From Promethearchaeota archaeon (lineage in GTDB: Archaea > Asgardarchaeota > Lokiarchaeia > Sigyniarchaeales > SOKP01): DNA of 64,000 nucleotides. Below the pieces are notes generated by a model. It was not told the origin of the DNA and made no database searches. It saw only the letters and a program-made list of their open reading frames with translations. The stretch covers positions 96,001 to 160,000 of the forward strand of contig JBHLOY010000001.1 in assembly GCA_048939995.1 (NCBI GenBank), read 5' to 3'. The position numbers and the translations under genes were made by a program. Shown here piece by piece: positions 11,760 to 20,390 of this stretch. Every line of letters begins with the position of its first letter. Positions within the stretch are counted from its first letter, which is position 1.

Positions 11760-12725
11760 TTAATCTAATCCTATTTGTTCAATTACATTTCTCAGCTTTT
11801 GAGCAGAATTTTTTAAATAATATTCTTCCTCCGAATTTAGATCAAGTTTTAGTACACTTGATACACCTAATTTATTTAAAATCGCAGGTAAACCTAAATA
11901 AACATTGTTTATTCCCAAATAATCTCTTACTAGGGATGAAACAGGTAAAATCGTATTCTCATCATGTAGAATTGCTTGTGTTATTTGGGCAAGAGCTAAA
12001 CCAATTCCATATGATGTCTCACCTTTCCGTTCAATAATCTTATTTGCTGATGTTTTTACTTCTACAAATATCTGATTCAATTCTTTTTCATTATCGCAGA
12101 ATTTCTGTTTATTACAGTTTAAGCAGTAATCTTTAATTAATATACCTGCAAACATAGCACTACTCCAAACTGCTAATTCAGTATCTCCATGCTCTCCGAT
12201 AATGTAAGCATGAATATTTTGAGGATTTATATTACACTTCATTCCTAAAAGGTATCTAAACCTAGCTGTGTCTAATACAGTACCAGATCCAAAAACTTCA
12301 TTTTCAGACTTTTCTGAAAATTTATAAGTTGCATACGATAATATATCAACGGGATTTGAGACAATTAAAAATTTTGCAGAGGGAGTTATATACATTATCT
12401 CTGGAATAATCTTTTCATATAATTTTATATTATCCTTAATCAAATCAATTCTTGTCTCGTTAGGGCGCTGATTTCTTCCAGCAGTTATTACTACTAGGTC
12501 TGAATTCTCAATATCAGAATAATCACCAGCCTCAATTTTTACTGGTAATACATAAGGACCTGTATGGGATAAGTCCATTACTTCACCTTCTACCCGTTTT
12601 TTATCAATATCGACCATCACAATATGACGTACTAATCCTTTAATTATTAAAGCGTAAGCAAATCGAGTACCAACATTCCCGCATCCAATAATAGATATTT
12701 TTGGTTTCAGATTAATCATTTTCAA
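11760..12725 (-). CDS. ldh: L-lactate dehydrogenase
   Basis: IIGCGNVG, TAGRNQRPNETR (Gln at the LDH specificity position), VSNPVD, GTVLDTARF, GEHGD. Confidence 0.85.
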   Translation of the reverse strand: MKMINLKPKISIIGCGNVGTRFAYALIIKGLVRHIVMVDIDKKRVEGEVMDLSHTGPYVLPVKIEAGDYSDIENSDLVVITAGRNQRPNETRIDLIKDNIKLYEKIIPEIMYITPSAKFLIVSNPVDILSYATYKFSEKSENEVFGSGTVLDTARFRYLLGMKCNINPQNIHAYIIGEHGDTELAVWSSAMFAGILIKDYCLNCNKQKFCDNEKELNQIFVEVKTSANKIIERKGETSYGIGLALAQITQAILHDENTILPVSSLVRDYLGINNVYLGLPAILNKLGVSSVLKLDLNSEEEYYLKNSAQKLRNVIEQIGLD

Positions 12726-12885
12726 TACCCCTTTATATTTCTTTTATAATTATTTTATTTTTAAAAGTATGTCTAGTTATTTTATGAAATCCAATTTGAT
12801 TTTTTATATTCAAGTTCTTGATATATTCATAATTTTAAACCCTTTATGTTATATTTCAAAAAAGTTATTAATGAAAAGAAATACA

Positions 12886-12920
12886 TTTAAATATATATGA
12901 TGCAATATATACTTAAAGGT
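12886..12920. promoter_or_regulatory. Putative copper-regulon operator/TATA site A
   Basis: TTTAA-ATATATAT-GATGCA-ATATATAC-TTAAAGGT; TATA-like boxes on both strands; matches sites at 13957 and 18679. Confidence 0.6.
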
Positions 12921-12968
12921 ATATACCCTCAAAAAAAAGAAAAATTAAATAAAAAAAGAGGAAGAATT

Positions 12969-13079
12969 ATGAATAAGAATGAAGAAAAAGAGCAAGAAGA
13001 TAAAGAAAAAATGGAACATATGCATGAGCATAAAGATAAAAAAGAAATGGAAAATATGCACAAACATCATGATATGTAA
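12969..13079 (+). CDS. 36-aa His/Met-rich putative metal-binding peptide
   Basis: MNKNEEKEQEDKEKMEHMHEHKDKKEMENMHKHHDM; GAGG SD-like sequence upstream; TATA 83 nt upstream. Confidence 0.55.
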   Translation: MNKNEEKEQEDKEKMEHMHEHKDKKEMENMHKHHDM

Positions 13080-13286
13080 TCCCATGAAGATAATGAGTTA
13101 AAAAGTTAATCTAAAAATTTTATTTTTTTTGAACTTTACTTCGGCTTAAATAATCAATTGGTTTTAAAATATTCTCCAAAGTTGATTAGAATGTACTTAT
13201 TCTAACCTTTTTCTTCGAGTTAAAAACACAATTTATGAAAAATCGTTAAATTTAGTTTAACATAAAAAAAAAAGTATTCGTAATAG

Positions 13287-13613
13287 TTATATAGTGCTTC
13301 CACAGAAGGGACAATACTTTGATGTCTCACTATCTACTTTTTCTCCGCAATTTGGGCAGAACTGCGTAGTACTATATGAATTTTCTACATCATTTTTAAC
13401 TGAAGTATTTTTTTGATAATCCTGATCGGCTATTTTAGAATTTTTATCAATATTTTCTTCGCTATGATTTCGAGATAGAAAATACAATAGAATTAAAACC
13501 ACAAAAAGAAAGAGAAGCCCTCCTAAAAGTAAATATATCCATCCATTTGGACCCAAATCCATCATATGATTCATATAATCATAACCATTATCCAAAATTA
13601 TTAACTCACCCAA
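13287..13613 (-). CDS. Single-TM protein with N-terminal MNHMM motif and C-terminal zinc ribbon
   Basis: YMNHMMD, TM helix, FCPNCG...YCPFCG. Confidence 0.7.
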   Translation of the reverse strand: MGELIILDNGYDYMNHMMDLGPNGWIYLLLGGLLFLFVVLILLYFLSRNHSEENIDKNSKIADQDYQKNTSVKNDVENSYSTTQFCPNCGEKVDSETSKYCPFCGSTI

Positions 13614-13627
13614 TAATTATGTAAAGT

Positions 13628-13912
13628 CTATTCCCTTTTAGCTATTTCACTTGATTGCCTTTGATTGTAATTTCCTCTGATAATTAGATAAAGAACTAGA
13701 CCAAAAATATTAAAAATCAAAGCAATTATTAACCATACCTCAGAATTAATGATTCCCCTTCTTACAGCATCCCTGTGAACGTAATAGGCAATAATGACGC
13801 TAGTTATTATATAAAGACTCATTCCAAATATCATTATTAGCCATGAAAATGGACCAAATTTAGCAAACCACCAATCCATCATGTGCAAATCTCCATACGT
13901 ATTGAAATACAA
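13628..13912 (-). CDS. Small membrane protein (PLDc_N-like) with HMM motif
   Basis: DLHMMDWW, YVHRDAVRRG, WLIIALIFNIFGLVLYLIIR; GAGGT SD upstream. Confidence 0.7.
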   Translation of the reverse strand: MYFNTYGDLHMMDWWFAKFGPFSWLIMIFGMSLYIITSVIIAYYVHRDAVRRGIINSEVWLIIALIFNIFGLVLYLIIRGNYNQRQSSEIAKRE

Positions 13913-13956
13913 TTTAAGACCTCTTGTTTGACTTTTTATTGTAATATAATCTTAGG

Positions 13957-13988
13957 ATATATATGTAATAGTATATATTTAAAAGTTG
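13957..13988 (-). promoter_or_regulatory. Putative copper-regulon operator/TATA site B
   Basis: ATATATAT-GTAATA-GTATATAT-TTAAAAGTTG upstream of the 13912 gene. Confidence 0.65.
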
Positions 13989-14071
13989 GTATTATTAAAT
14001 ATTATGATTATCAAGTATCATGATCTAAAAATTTGGCAAATATTTCTGTCTTTAAAACAGGTAGGAAATCA

Positions 14072-14695
14072 TCATTTGGTGCCAGTAGCTATATAGTAGG
14101 AAGTTAACAATCCGGATATTTCTACTTTTGTTACATTCTTTAAGTATTGCCTCATTTTCTTCCAAGTTTCACGGGTTACGTCTTGATATGTGATTCTGAA
14201 TAGTAATTTATATATGGGATTTAAAATTACACCCTTATTCCCAGTAATGAGCTGAAAATCTAAAACAACATATTTTCCACCTTCTTTTAAGAATTCAATA
14301 GAGTTTTTCAACGAGATATCATAATCTTGAATAGATACCATCGCCCAAGTACAAAGAATAGCGTCTACTTTCTCATTCAGCTTAAAGTTTGAAGCATCCT
14401 TTTTAAGAAGACTTATGTTCTGCCATCCAAATTTGATCAGCCTATCTTCAGCTTTTTTTAACATTTCTGGAGAGTAATCCAAAGCTAAGATTTTCCCTTC
14501 CTTTCCTATTTTTCTTTCAAGATATTCAAAATTAAGACCTGTTCCACAAGCGAGATCTAGAACAGTTTCACCTTTGTTAAGTTCTAATTTCTCAACAGCT
14601 TGTTCACGAAACATTGCATCATAGCCTACTACTGAAAGTAAAATATCCCATATTTTTGCCCATCTATCCCAAATCTTGAGGTAATTATTTGTCAT
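14072..14695 (-). CDS. Class I SAM-dependent methyltransferase (UbiE-like)
   Basis: VLDLACGTG, ALDYSPEML, LKEGG. Confidence 0.85.
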   Translation of the reverse strand: MTNNYLKIWDRWAKIWDILLSVVGYDAMFREQAVEKLELNKGETVLDLACGTGLNFEYLERKIGKEGKILALDYSPEMLKKAEDRLIKFGWQNISLLKKDASNFKLNEKVDAILCTWAMVSIQDYDISLKNSIEFLKEGGKYVVLDFQLITGNKGVILNPIYKLLFRITYQDVTRETWKKMRQYLKNVTKVEISGLLTSYYIATGTK

Positions 14696-14739
14696 TAAGC
14701 ATTCTGGATATAAAATATTTAATTATACTTTTTTAAAAT

Positions 14740-15297
14740 TCAAATAAAACGTCTAACTTCTCTACAATATATATCATATTCCTCTTTAAATTGCTCTTTT
14801 AACCATGGCTCTTCTGTAAAAGGAGTAAGGAAATTCCACAATATTCCTAAAATACCTGTTATCAAAGTAAAAAAAGAATTGGCAAGAATTATCAATCCGG
14901 CATATAATATTATATCAGCTAAATATTGGGGATTTCTTGAATATTTGTAAGGACCATCTTTGATTAATTTCCCTTTTAATCCAAGAGTTGAGTGAACACT
15001 TAAAGTTCTCACACCCCAGATAAGAATAAATAATCCAATTACGATTAATGATATTCCTATTGGGTAGCGAAACCAGTGTATAAAAATGAAATTTTTCCAG
15101 TCTAAAACGCTCAATATGATTGTTCCTACGAATGAGATGATTGTGACAACCCAACTGATCCAAAATTGCCATGATTTTTTACTGGGTGGAGGCCAAATTC
15201 TATATTTTGGCATGATTAATGTAAATATCAACCCTCCCACAAGCAATATGCTTGCAGTAAGAGTTATTATAAATATAATTATCGTTATAATTCCCAT
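14740..15297 (-). CDS. ICMT/PEMT-family membrane methyltransferase
   Basis: LIKDGPYKYSRNPQY, EEPWL..F.EEY..YCREVRRFI. Confidence 0.85.
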   Translation of the reverse strand: MGIITIIIFIITLTASILLVGGLIFTLIMPKYRIWPPPSKKSWQFWISWVVTIISFVGTIILSVLDWKNFIFIHWFRYPIGISLIVIGLFILIWGVRTLSVHSTLGLKGKLIKDGPYKYSRNPQYLADIILYAGLIILANSFFTLITGILGILWNFLTPFTEEPWLKEQFKEEYDIYCREVRRFI

Positions 15298-15302
15298 TAT
15301 TG

Positions 15303-15647
15303 TTATTCCCTCCTATTCTGAACGCTTTTTTTTCTGCACTCCCTCTTCATATCCTTTTCACTTAATAATCCATTATTCTCTAAGGGGATATTGAGTTCAA
15401 TTTCAGAACTTCTTATTTTTCTCATGAGTTGTCTAAGACCATAATCATTAAATATCAATTCTAGAAAATTCTGATATAGCATCTTAAGATTATCCATACA
15501 TAATTTAATAAACAGATCATTTTCTTTAGAATCCATAATATTTAGAATTGCTTGAAGCCCTTTTATGGCATCCTTAATATTTTCAAAGTTATTAATTACT
15601 TTTTCAGTCGATTCCATTGAAAATTTTGTAATTATAATAATTTTCAC
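15303..15647 (-). CDS. Hypothetical helical protein
   Basis: Overlaps the stop of the upstream Cys-rich gene; the start may be the downstream ATG (MESTEKV). Confidence 0.55.
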   Translation of the reverse strand: MKIIIITKFSMESTEKVINNFENIKDAIKGLQAILNIMDSKENDLFIKLCMDNLKMLYQNFLELIFNDYGLRQLMRKIRSSEIELNIPLENNGLLSEKDMKRECRKKSVQNRRE

Positions 15648-15892
15648 ACCCCATCTAGTTTAGATTGATTGGAATTGACCAATTTAGCTATTTTGGTTTC
15701 ATAGATTGAAAGACATCTGTAGCAACAGAAATATGAAATTTTTCCATATTTATCTCTATATCTTGGTGCCGATAGATAAGCTGGAATTCCCATACCACAT
15801 AATGTACAAGATTCATGTATATCTGCATCAGATCTTATAACTTTTCTACAAATGGGACATAATTTTTCTTTCAAAAATACAACACCTTTCAA
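15644..15892 (-). CDS. Cys-rich TRASH/YHS-like metal-binding protein
   Basis: CPIC...CTLCG...YFCCYRC. Confidence 0.65.
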   Translation of the reverse strand: MKGVVFLKEKLCPICRKVIRSDADIHESCTLCGMGIPAYLSAPRYRDKYGKISYFCCYRCLSIYETKIAKLVNSNQSKLDGV

Positions 15893-15931
15893 GCATTTTA
15901 ACTTAAAAAATTAAAAAAAATATTTTTATTA

Positions 15932-16099
15932 TTAAATAATACTCATTTGGTGACCACAGTGCTCAGGGATGGGTTTAGTTCCACAGTGAGATCCCATCCA
16001 ACAAATCAATTTATCGCCTTCTTTATGCATAACTACACCACAATGTTGTGGTATATCCATTTCATAACCACACATAGAACATTTTAACTTTTCCATCAT
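15932..16099 (-). CDS. 55-aa Cys/His-rich miniprotein (two CxxC...HCG..M repeats); not in ORF track
   Basis: MMEKLKCSMCGYEMDIPQHCGVVMHKEGDKLICWMGSHCGTKPIPEHCGHQMSII*; GAGGTG SD; starts 21 nt after the copA stop. Confidence 0.8.
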   Translation of the reverse strand: MMEKLKCSMCGYEMDIPQHCGVVMHKEGDKLICWMGSHCGTKPIPEHCGHQMSII

Positions 16100-16120
16100 A
16101 ATACACCTCTTTTTTTAATT

Positions 16121-18622
16121 TTAATTACTATAATTTGGAAGTATTTTTGACCTGCGAAGGAGATTTGCATTAGATACTACCGTTATCGAACTTGTAGCCA
16201 TAGCTATTTCCGCAATCAGTGGATGAGCTAATCCTAGCATGGCAGCTGGTAATGCTATTAAATTATAAAAGAATGCCCAAAACAAATTTTGTTTGATTTT
16301 CTTAAAAGTATTTTTTGATAATTTTATTGCTGAAATGACTCCAGATAAGTTTCCACTAACTAATGTAATATCTGCTGATTCAATAGCGATATCTGTTCCA
16401 GTGCCAATTGCTATTCCTACATTAGCAGCCGTTAAAGCAGGAGCATCATTAATTCCATCACCTACCATAGCTACTTGTTTTCCACTCTCTTGTAATCTTA
16501 GAATCTCATTTACTTTTTCATCTGGTAACACCTCCGCTATAACTTGTGAAATACCTATTTTTTTTGCAATTGCTTCTGCTGTACGTTCATTATCTCCTGT
16601 TAACATGACGGTTTGTATTCCAAAATCTTCCAATTCTTTAATAGCAGGTATTGAGTCCTCTTTGATTGTGTCTGCTATTGCTAAAATTCCAGCTAATTCA
16701 TTATTAACTGAAACTAAGATCACCGTCTTAGCCTCGCTTTCTAAGGTTTCAATTTTATGATTATAACTTTTATAGTCAATATCATTCTCAATCATCAATT
16801 TCTTACTGCCTATAAGAATTGATTTTTCAGCACTTAAGGCAATTTTTGCTTGAACACCCTTGCCTGTCAAGGATTCAAAATTACTAATATTGAATAAATC
16901 AAAATTATAATCCTTTGATTTCCTCAAAATAGCATCTGCTAATGGATGTTCAGATCCAGCCTCGACGCTTGCAGCATATTTCAGCACCATTTCAGTTGAG
17001 AAATTCTCTGTTGTAATTATGTCAGTCACTTCAGGTGTTCCTTTTGTAATAGTTCCGGTTTTATCAAATACAATAGTGTTTATTCCTCGTAAAGTTTGGA
17101 TAGCCTCACCATGTCGAATGAGAATTCCATGTTCCGCACCCATCCCACTCCCAACCATTAATGCTGTGGGAGTTGCTAATCCAAGAGCGCAAGGGCATGC
17201 TATAATAAGTGTAGCTATTAAAGTTAAAAACGCAAGAGTTATAATGTTTAGACTAGGATCCACCCAAGGTATAAATTGTTGTACCGCAGCTAAAATTGAC
17301 GTTAAAGGCAAAAATATCCAAATTATGAATGCGACTACAGCAAGAAGCAAAACCACTGGCACAAAATAACTTGTAATTCTGTCTGCAAATTTCTGTATAG
17401 GAATTTTTGATCCTTGAGTTTCTTCCACCAATTTAATAACTTGAGACAAAAATGTATCTTCACCGACTTTAGTGGCCTTCACTTTCAGTAATCCTCTTTG
17501 ATTAATTGTAGCTCCAATTACTTCATCTCCAACTTTCTTCTTAACAGGCATCGACTCTCCAGTCGCCATTGATTCGTCTATAGCACTTTGGCCCTCAATA
17601 ATGATTCCATCTGTAGGTATTTTTTCTCCTGGTTTTACAATCATAATATCATTTTCTTTTAGCTGTTCAATTGGTATCTCAACTTCTTTTCCATCTACTA
17701 AAATAAAGGCACTTTTTGCTCCAAGCTCTAGTAATTTACGAATTGCTTGGGAAGCCCTTCCTTTAGCTTTAGTTTCAATATATCTTCCTGTTAGATGAAA
17801 AGTCATTATCATTGCAGCTACTCCTGAGTAGTTGAAAAGAGGTGAAATATAGGATAAAGGACCGGTTATAAATGCCGAAATTGTTCCAAGAGCAATTAAT
17901 ACATCCATATTTGCATTAAGATGACGCACAGCTTTAAAAGCTGAGATGTAAGTACTGTATCCCACTATAAATAGGGGAAATAAGGATAACAGGATTATTC
18001 CGAAATTATATATGAATTCATCTGGCCAATAAATCCCTCCAATCATTTCTACAAGCATCCAACCAATTATAGGTACTGTAAAAATCCAAGAAATTAACAT
18101 TCTTCTTTTAGCAATTCTATATTTTTTCTCTTCTTGTTCTATCTCACGATCATATTTTGACTTTCCTGAAACTTTTTCTTCAATATCCAAAGCACGGTAT
18201 CCTGTATTATTTATTATTGCAAGCATATCATCATATCCCAATTCATCTGTATCATATACAATCGTGGCTTTTTCTGTCGCTATATTTACAGTTGCACTTA
18301 TTATACCTTCACTTTTCTTAAGTGCCGATTCTACAGTTTGAGCGCAAGATGCACATGTCATACCTTCAATTTTTACGACAATTTTAGTTGAATTTGGTAT
18401 CGCTCCATAACCAGTGTTATTCACAATTTCTATAATTTCTGATTTTTTTATTATCTTAGGATCGTAGGTGAAATAGGCTTTTTCAGAGGCTAAATTAACA
18501 TTTGCATCTCTAATTCCTTCATGCTTGCTAAGTGCTTTTTCGATAGTCTGAGCACATGATGCGCAATGCATTCCTTGTATGTTTAGAAAGGTTACTTTTC
18601 CTTCTTCAACTTTTTCTACCAT
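16121..18622 (-). CDS. copA: CopA-type P1B-1 Cu(I)-exporting ATPase
   Basis: Two GMxCASC HMA domains, TGES, CPC, DKTGT, SEHP, GDGIND, YN, MATSS. Confidence 0.95.
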   Translation of the reverse strand: MVEKVEEGKVTFLNIQGMHCASCAQTIEKALSKHEGIRDANVNLASEKAYFTYDPKIIKKSEIIEIVNNTGYGAIPNSTKIVVKIEGMTCASCAQTVESALKKSEGIISATVNIATEKATIVYDTDELGYDDMLAIINNTGYRALDIEEKVSGKSKYDREIEQEEKKYRIAKRRMLISWIFTVPIIGWMLVEMIGGIYWPDEFIYNFGIILLSLFPLFIVGYSTYISAFKAVRHLNANMDVLIALGTISAFITGPLSYISPLFNYSGVAAMIMTFHLTGRYIETKAKGRASQAIRKLLELGAKSAFILVDGKEVEIPIEQLKENDIMIVKPGEKIPTDGIIIEGQSAIDESMATGESMPVKKKVGDEVIGATINQRGLLKVKATKVGEDTFLSQVIKLVEETQGSKIPIQKFADRITSYFVPVVLLLAVVAFIIWIFLPLTSILAAVQQFIPWVDPSLNIITLAFLTLIATLIIACPCALGLATPTALMVGSGMGAEHGILIRHGEAIQTLRGINTIVFDKTGTITKGTPEVTDIITTENFSTEMVLKYAASVEAGSEHPLADAILRKSKDYNFDLFNISNFESLTGKGVQAKIALSAEKSILIGSKKLMIENDIDYKSYNHKIETLESEAKTVILVSVNNELAGILAIADTIKEDSIPAIKELEDFGIQTVMLTGDNERTAEAIAKKIGISQVIAEVLPDEKVNEILRLQESGKQVAMVGDGINDAPALTAANVGIAIGTGTDIAIESADITLVSGNLSGVISAIKLSKNTFKKIKQNLFWAFFYNLIALPAAMLGLAHPLIAEIAMATSSITVVSNANLLRRSKILPNYSN

Positions 18623-18678
18623 TTTTTCTTCCTTTGTCCATTAATTTTTAATTAAATTTTAAAAAATATTATTCTGAG

Positions 18679-18710
18679 ATATATATGGAGGAGTATATAT
18701 TTAAATGTTG
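18679..18710 (-). promoter_or_regulatory. Putative copper-regulon operator/TATA site C (copA promoter)
   Basis: ATATATAT-GGAGGA-GTATATAT-TTAAATGTTG; minus-strand TTTAAATA starts 83 nt upstream of the copA ATG. Confidence 0.7.
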
Positions 18711-18808
18711 CTATTTGAAAATATATATTTATAAATTATAACAACAATTATTAATACAATGAATTTCTATTATTAAACCAAGAAATACGAAATTAAGGAG
18801 TTTTTTAA

Positions 18809-19246
18809 TTGAGTGATACTATAAAAATTCAAAATCTCACAAAATTTTATACCATAACGTTATTAAAGTCAAAAAAATCGGTTAGTGGGTACTATATTTT
18901 AAAACAACTCAAGTCGGATTTAGGGATAACTGCAAGTCCAACATATATATACAACTTCTTGAATAAGCTTCAAAAAGAAGGATATATTGAACCCACCCCA
19001 AATCCCAAATCAAAAAAGTCGAAAGGATTTCAATTAACTTCATTAGGGAATGAATTTACTGAGCATATTTTTCAACGTTTTAGTAATTTAATAGAAGCTG
19101 CTATAGAATCAAAATTGGAAGTTTGTGCAAGCTGTGGAGTAAAATTGTATAATGATTTTCATACTGAAAAAATTGGAGCAAAAGAGATGAAATTTTGTTG
19201 TATACACTGCGCAAAAGCATATAAAAATTCTCATCAAAAGAAATAA
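18809..19246 (+). CDS. PadR-like wHTH transcription regulator with C-terminal TRASH domain
   Basis: SGYYILKQL...SPTYIYNFLNKLQKEGYI...FQLTSLG; CASCG...FCCIHC; divergent from copA. Confidence 0.85.
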   Translation: MSDTIKIQNLTKFYTITLLKSKKSVSGYYILKQLKSDLGITASPTYIYNFLNKLQKEGYIEPTPNPKSKKSKGFQLTSLGNEFTEHIFQRFSNLIEAAIESKLEVCASCGVKLYNDFHTEKIGAKEMKFCCIHCAKAYKNSHQKK

Positions 19247-19278
19247 TTTATCTTATCCTCTATTCAACAAATTTAGCT

Positions 19279-20241
19279 TTATTCTTGATTATAATTAAGG
19301 GCAAGAATTATTGTTGAAAAATTTCTTTTGAATCCTACTTTAGAATATAATTTATGTGCAGGAACATTTTCCAGTGCCACATCTAAATTTATATATTTAT
19401 AACCTTCTTGTTTTACCTTTTCTAAGCAGTAGAGTAATAGTTTTTTTCCTAAACCTTTCTTGCGATAATCTGGAAGTAACCCAAAAGAATTAATTTGTAC
19501 ACCATTTTTGAAGGGGCGTAATATTAAGAATCCAATAATTTTTTCGTTTCCAAATAATATTGAAGAATTGTTAATCATAATTTTTTCTATGTTAAACCAT
19601 TCAGTTGCTACAGTATTTTTTAATTCATTATTTAAATCTAAATACATTACATCTTGGCTATTTTCATATATTTTTTGAGACACAGTAATTAATTCATCAA
19701 TATCTACATATTTTATAGTTTTAATTTCGATCTTTTCAGAAAACGATAATGGTTCAACTTTAATTGTATCTAAATCTAAACTCATTGAGACTTCTTCCAT
19801 TACTTTATAAAAACCTGATGCTTCATACCATCTAATGTATCCTTGATACCTTTTCTTATCTTTATCATGCTCCATTGGAAAACATATTTCAAATCGGATA
19901 ATATCGTTTTCCTCACCATATTTAATAGCTTCGTCTATTAATTTTTGCGCAATCTTATCTTCATGAATATTAGGTAAAACTGTAGGTTGCCATTCCCAGA
20001 TGATACCAAATTTTGGATAACTAGTACATAATAAAAGCAGGCCCATTAGTTCGTCATTAGAATATGCATAAAATATGATGAATCTATAAGAATTTCTAAG
20101 TTCATCTAGGTCTCTTCTGATTACCTCAATGGTTATAGATTCATTGATTTCACGTCGATCATAATATACTTTGAAAATAAATTTAGATAGTGTTTCAATA
20201 TCCACTTTTTCATCCAAAAGTTCGAATTTGATATCTAACAT
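19279..20241 (-). CDS. Tandem-domain GNAT acetyltransferase
   Basis: GLLPDYRKKGLG, LDVALENVPAHKLYSKVGF. Confidence 0.8.
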   Translation of the reverse strand: MLDIKFELLDEKVDIETLSKFIFKVYYDRREINESITIEVIRRDLDELRNSYRFIIFYAYSNDELMGLLLLCTSYPKFGIIWEWQPTVLPNIHEDKIAQKLIDEAIKYGEENDIIRFEICFPMEHDKDKKRYQGYIRWYEASGFYKVMEEVSMSLDLDTIKVEPLSFSEKIEIKTIKYVDIDELITVSQKIYENSQDVMYLDLNNELKNTVATEWFNIEKIMINNSSILFGNEKIIGFLILRPFKNGVQINSFGLLPDYRKKGLGKKLLLYCLEKVKQEGYKYINLDVALENVPAHKLYSKVGFKRNFSTIILALNYNQE

Positions 20242-20390
20242 TGCTTTATTATGATAATAATATGAGATTTAGTATTTAATCTATTAAATCATCCTGATAA
20301 TAAAAAAAGTAAAGAAATAAAGCAAATTAAAATTAAAGAAAAAGTAAAAAAGTAAGAATAGTAAAAACAATATAATAAAAGAAAATTTAT

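Noticed and set aside
12897-12968. ORF-track start at 12897 for the His-rich peptide
   Set aside because: That ATG lies inside the operator/TATA site; ATG 12969 has an SD and promoter spacing matching copA.
20290-20390. A-rich quasi-repeats (AAAGT/AAAGA) upstream of E1 alpha
   Set aside because: Low-complexity sequence without a constant repeat or spacer length; not a CRISPR array.
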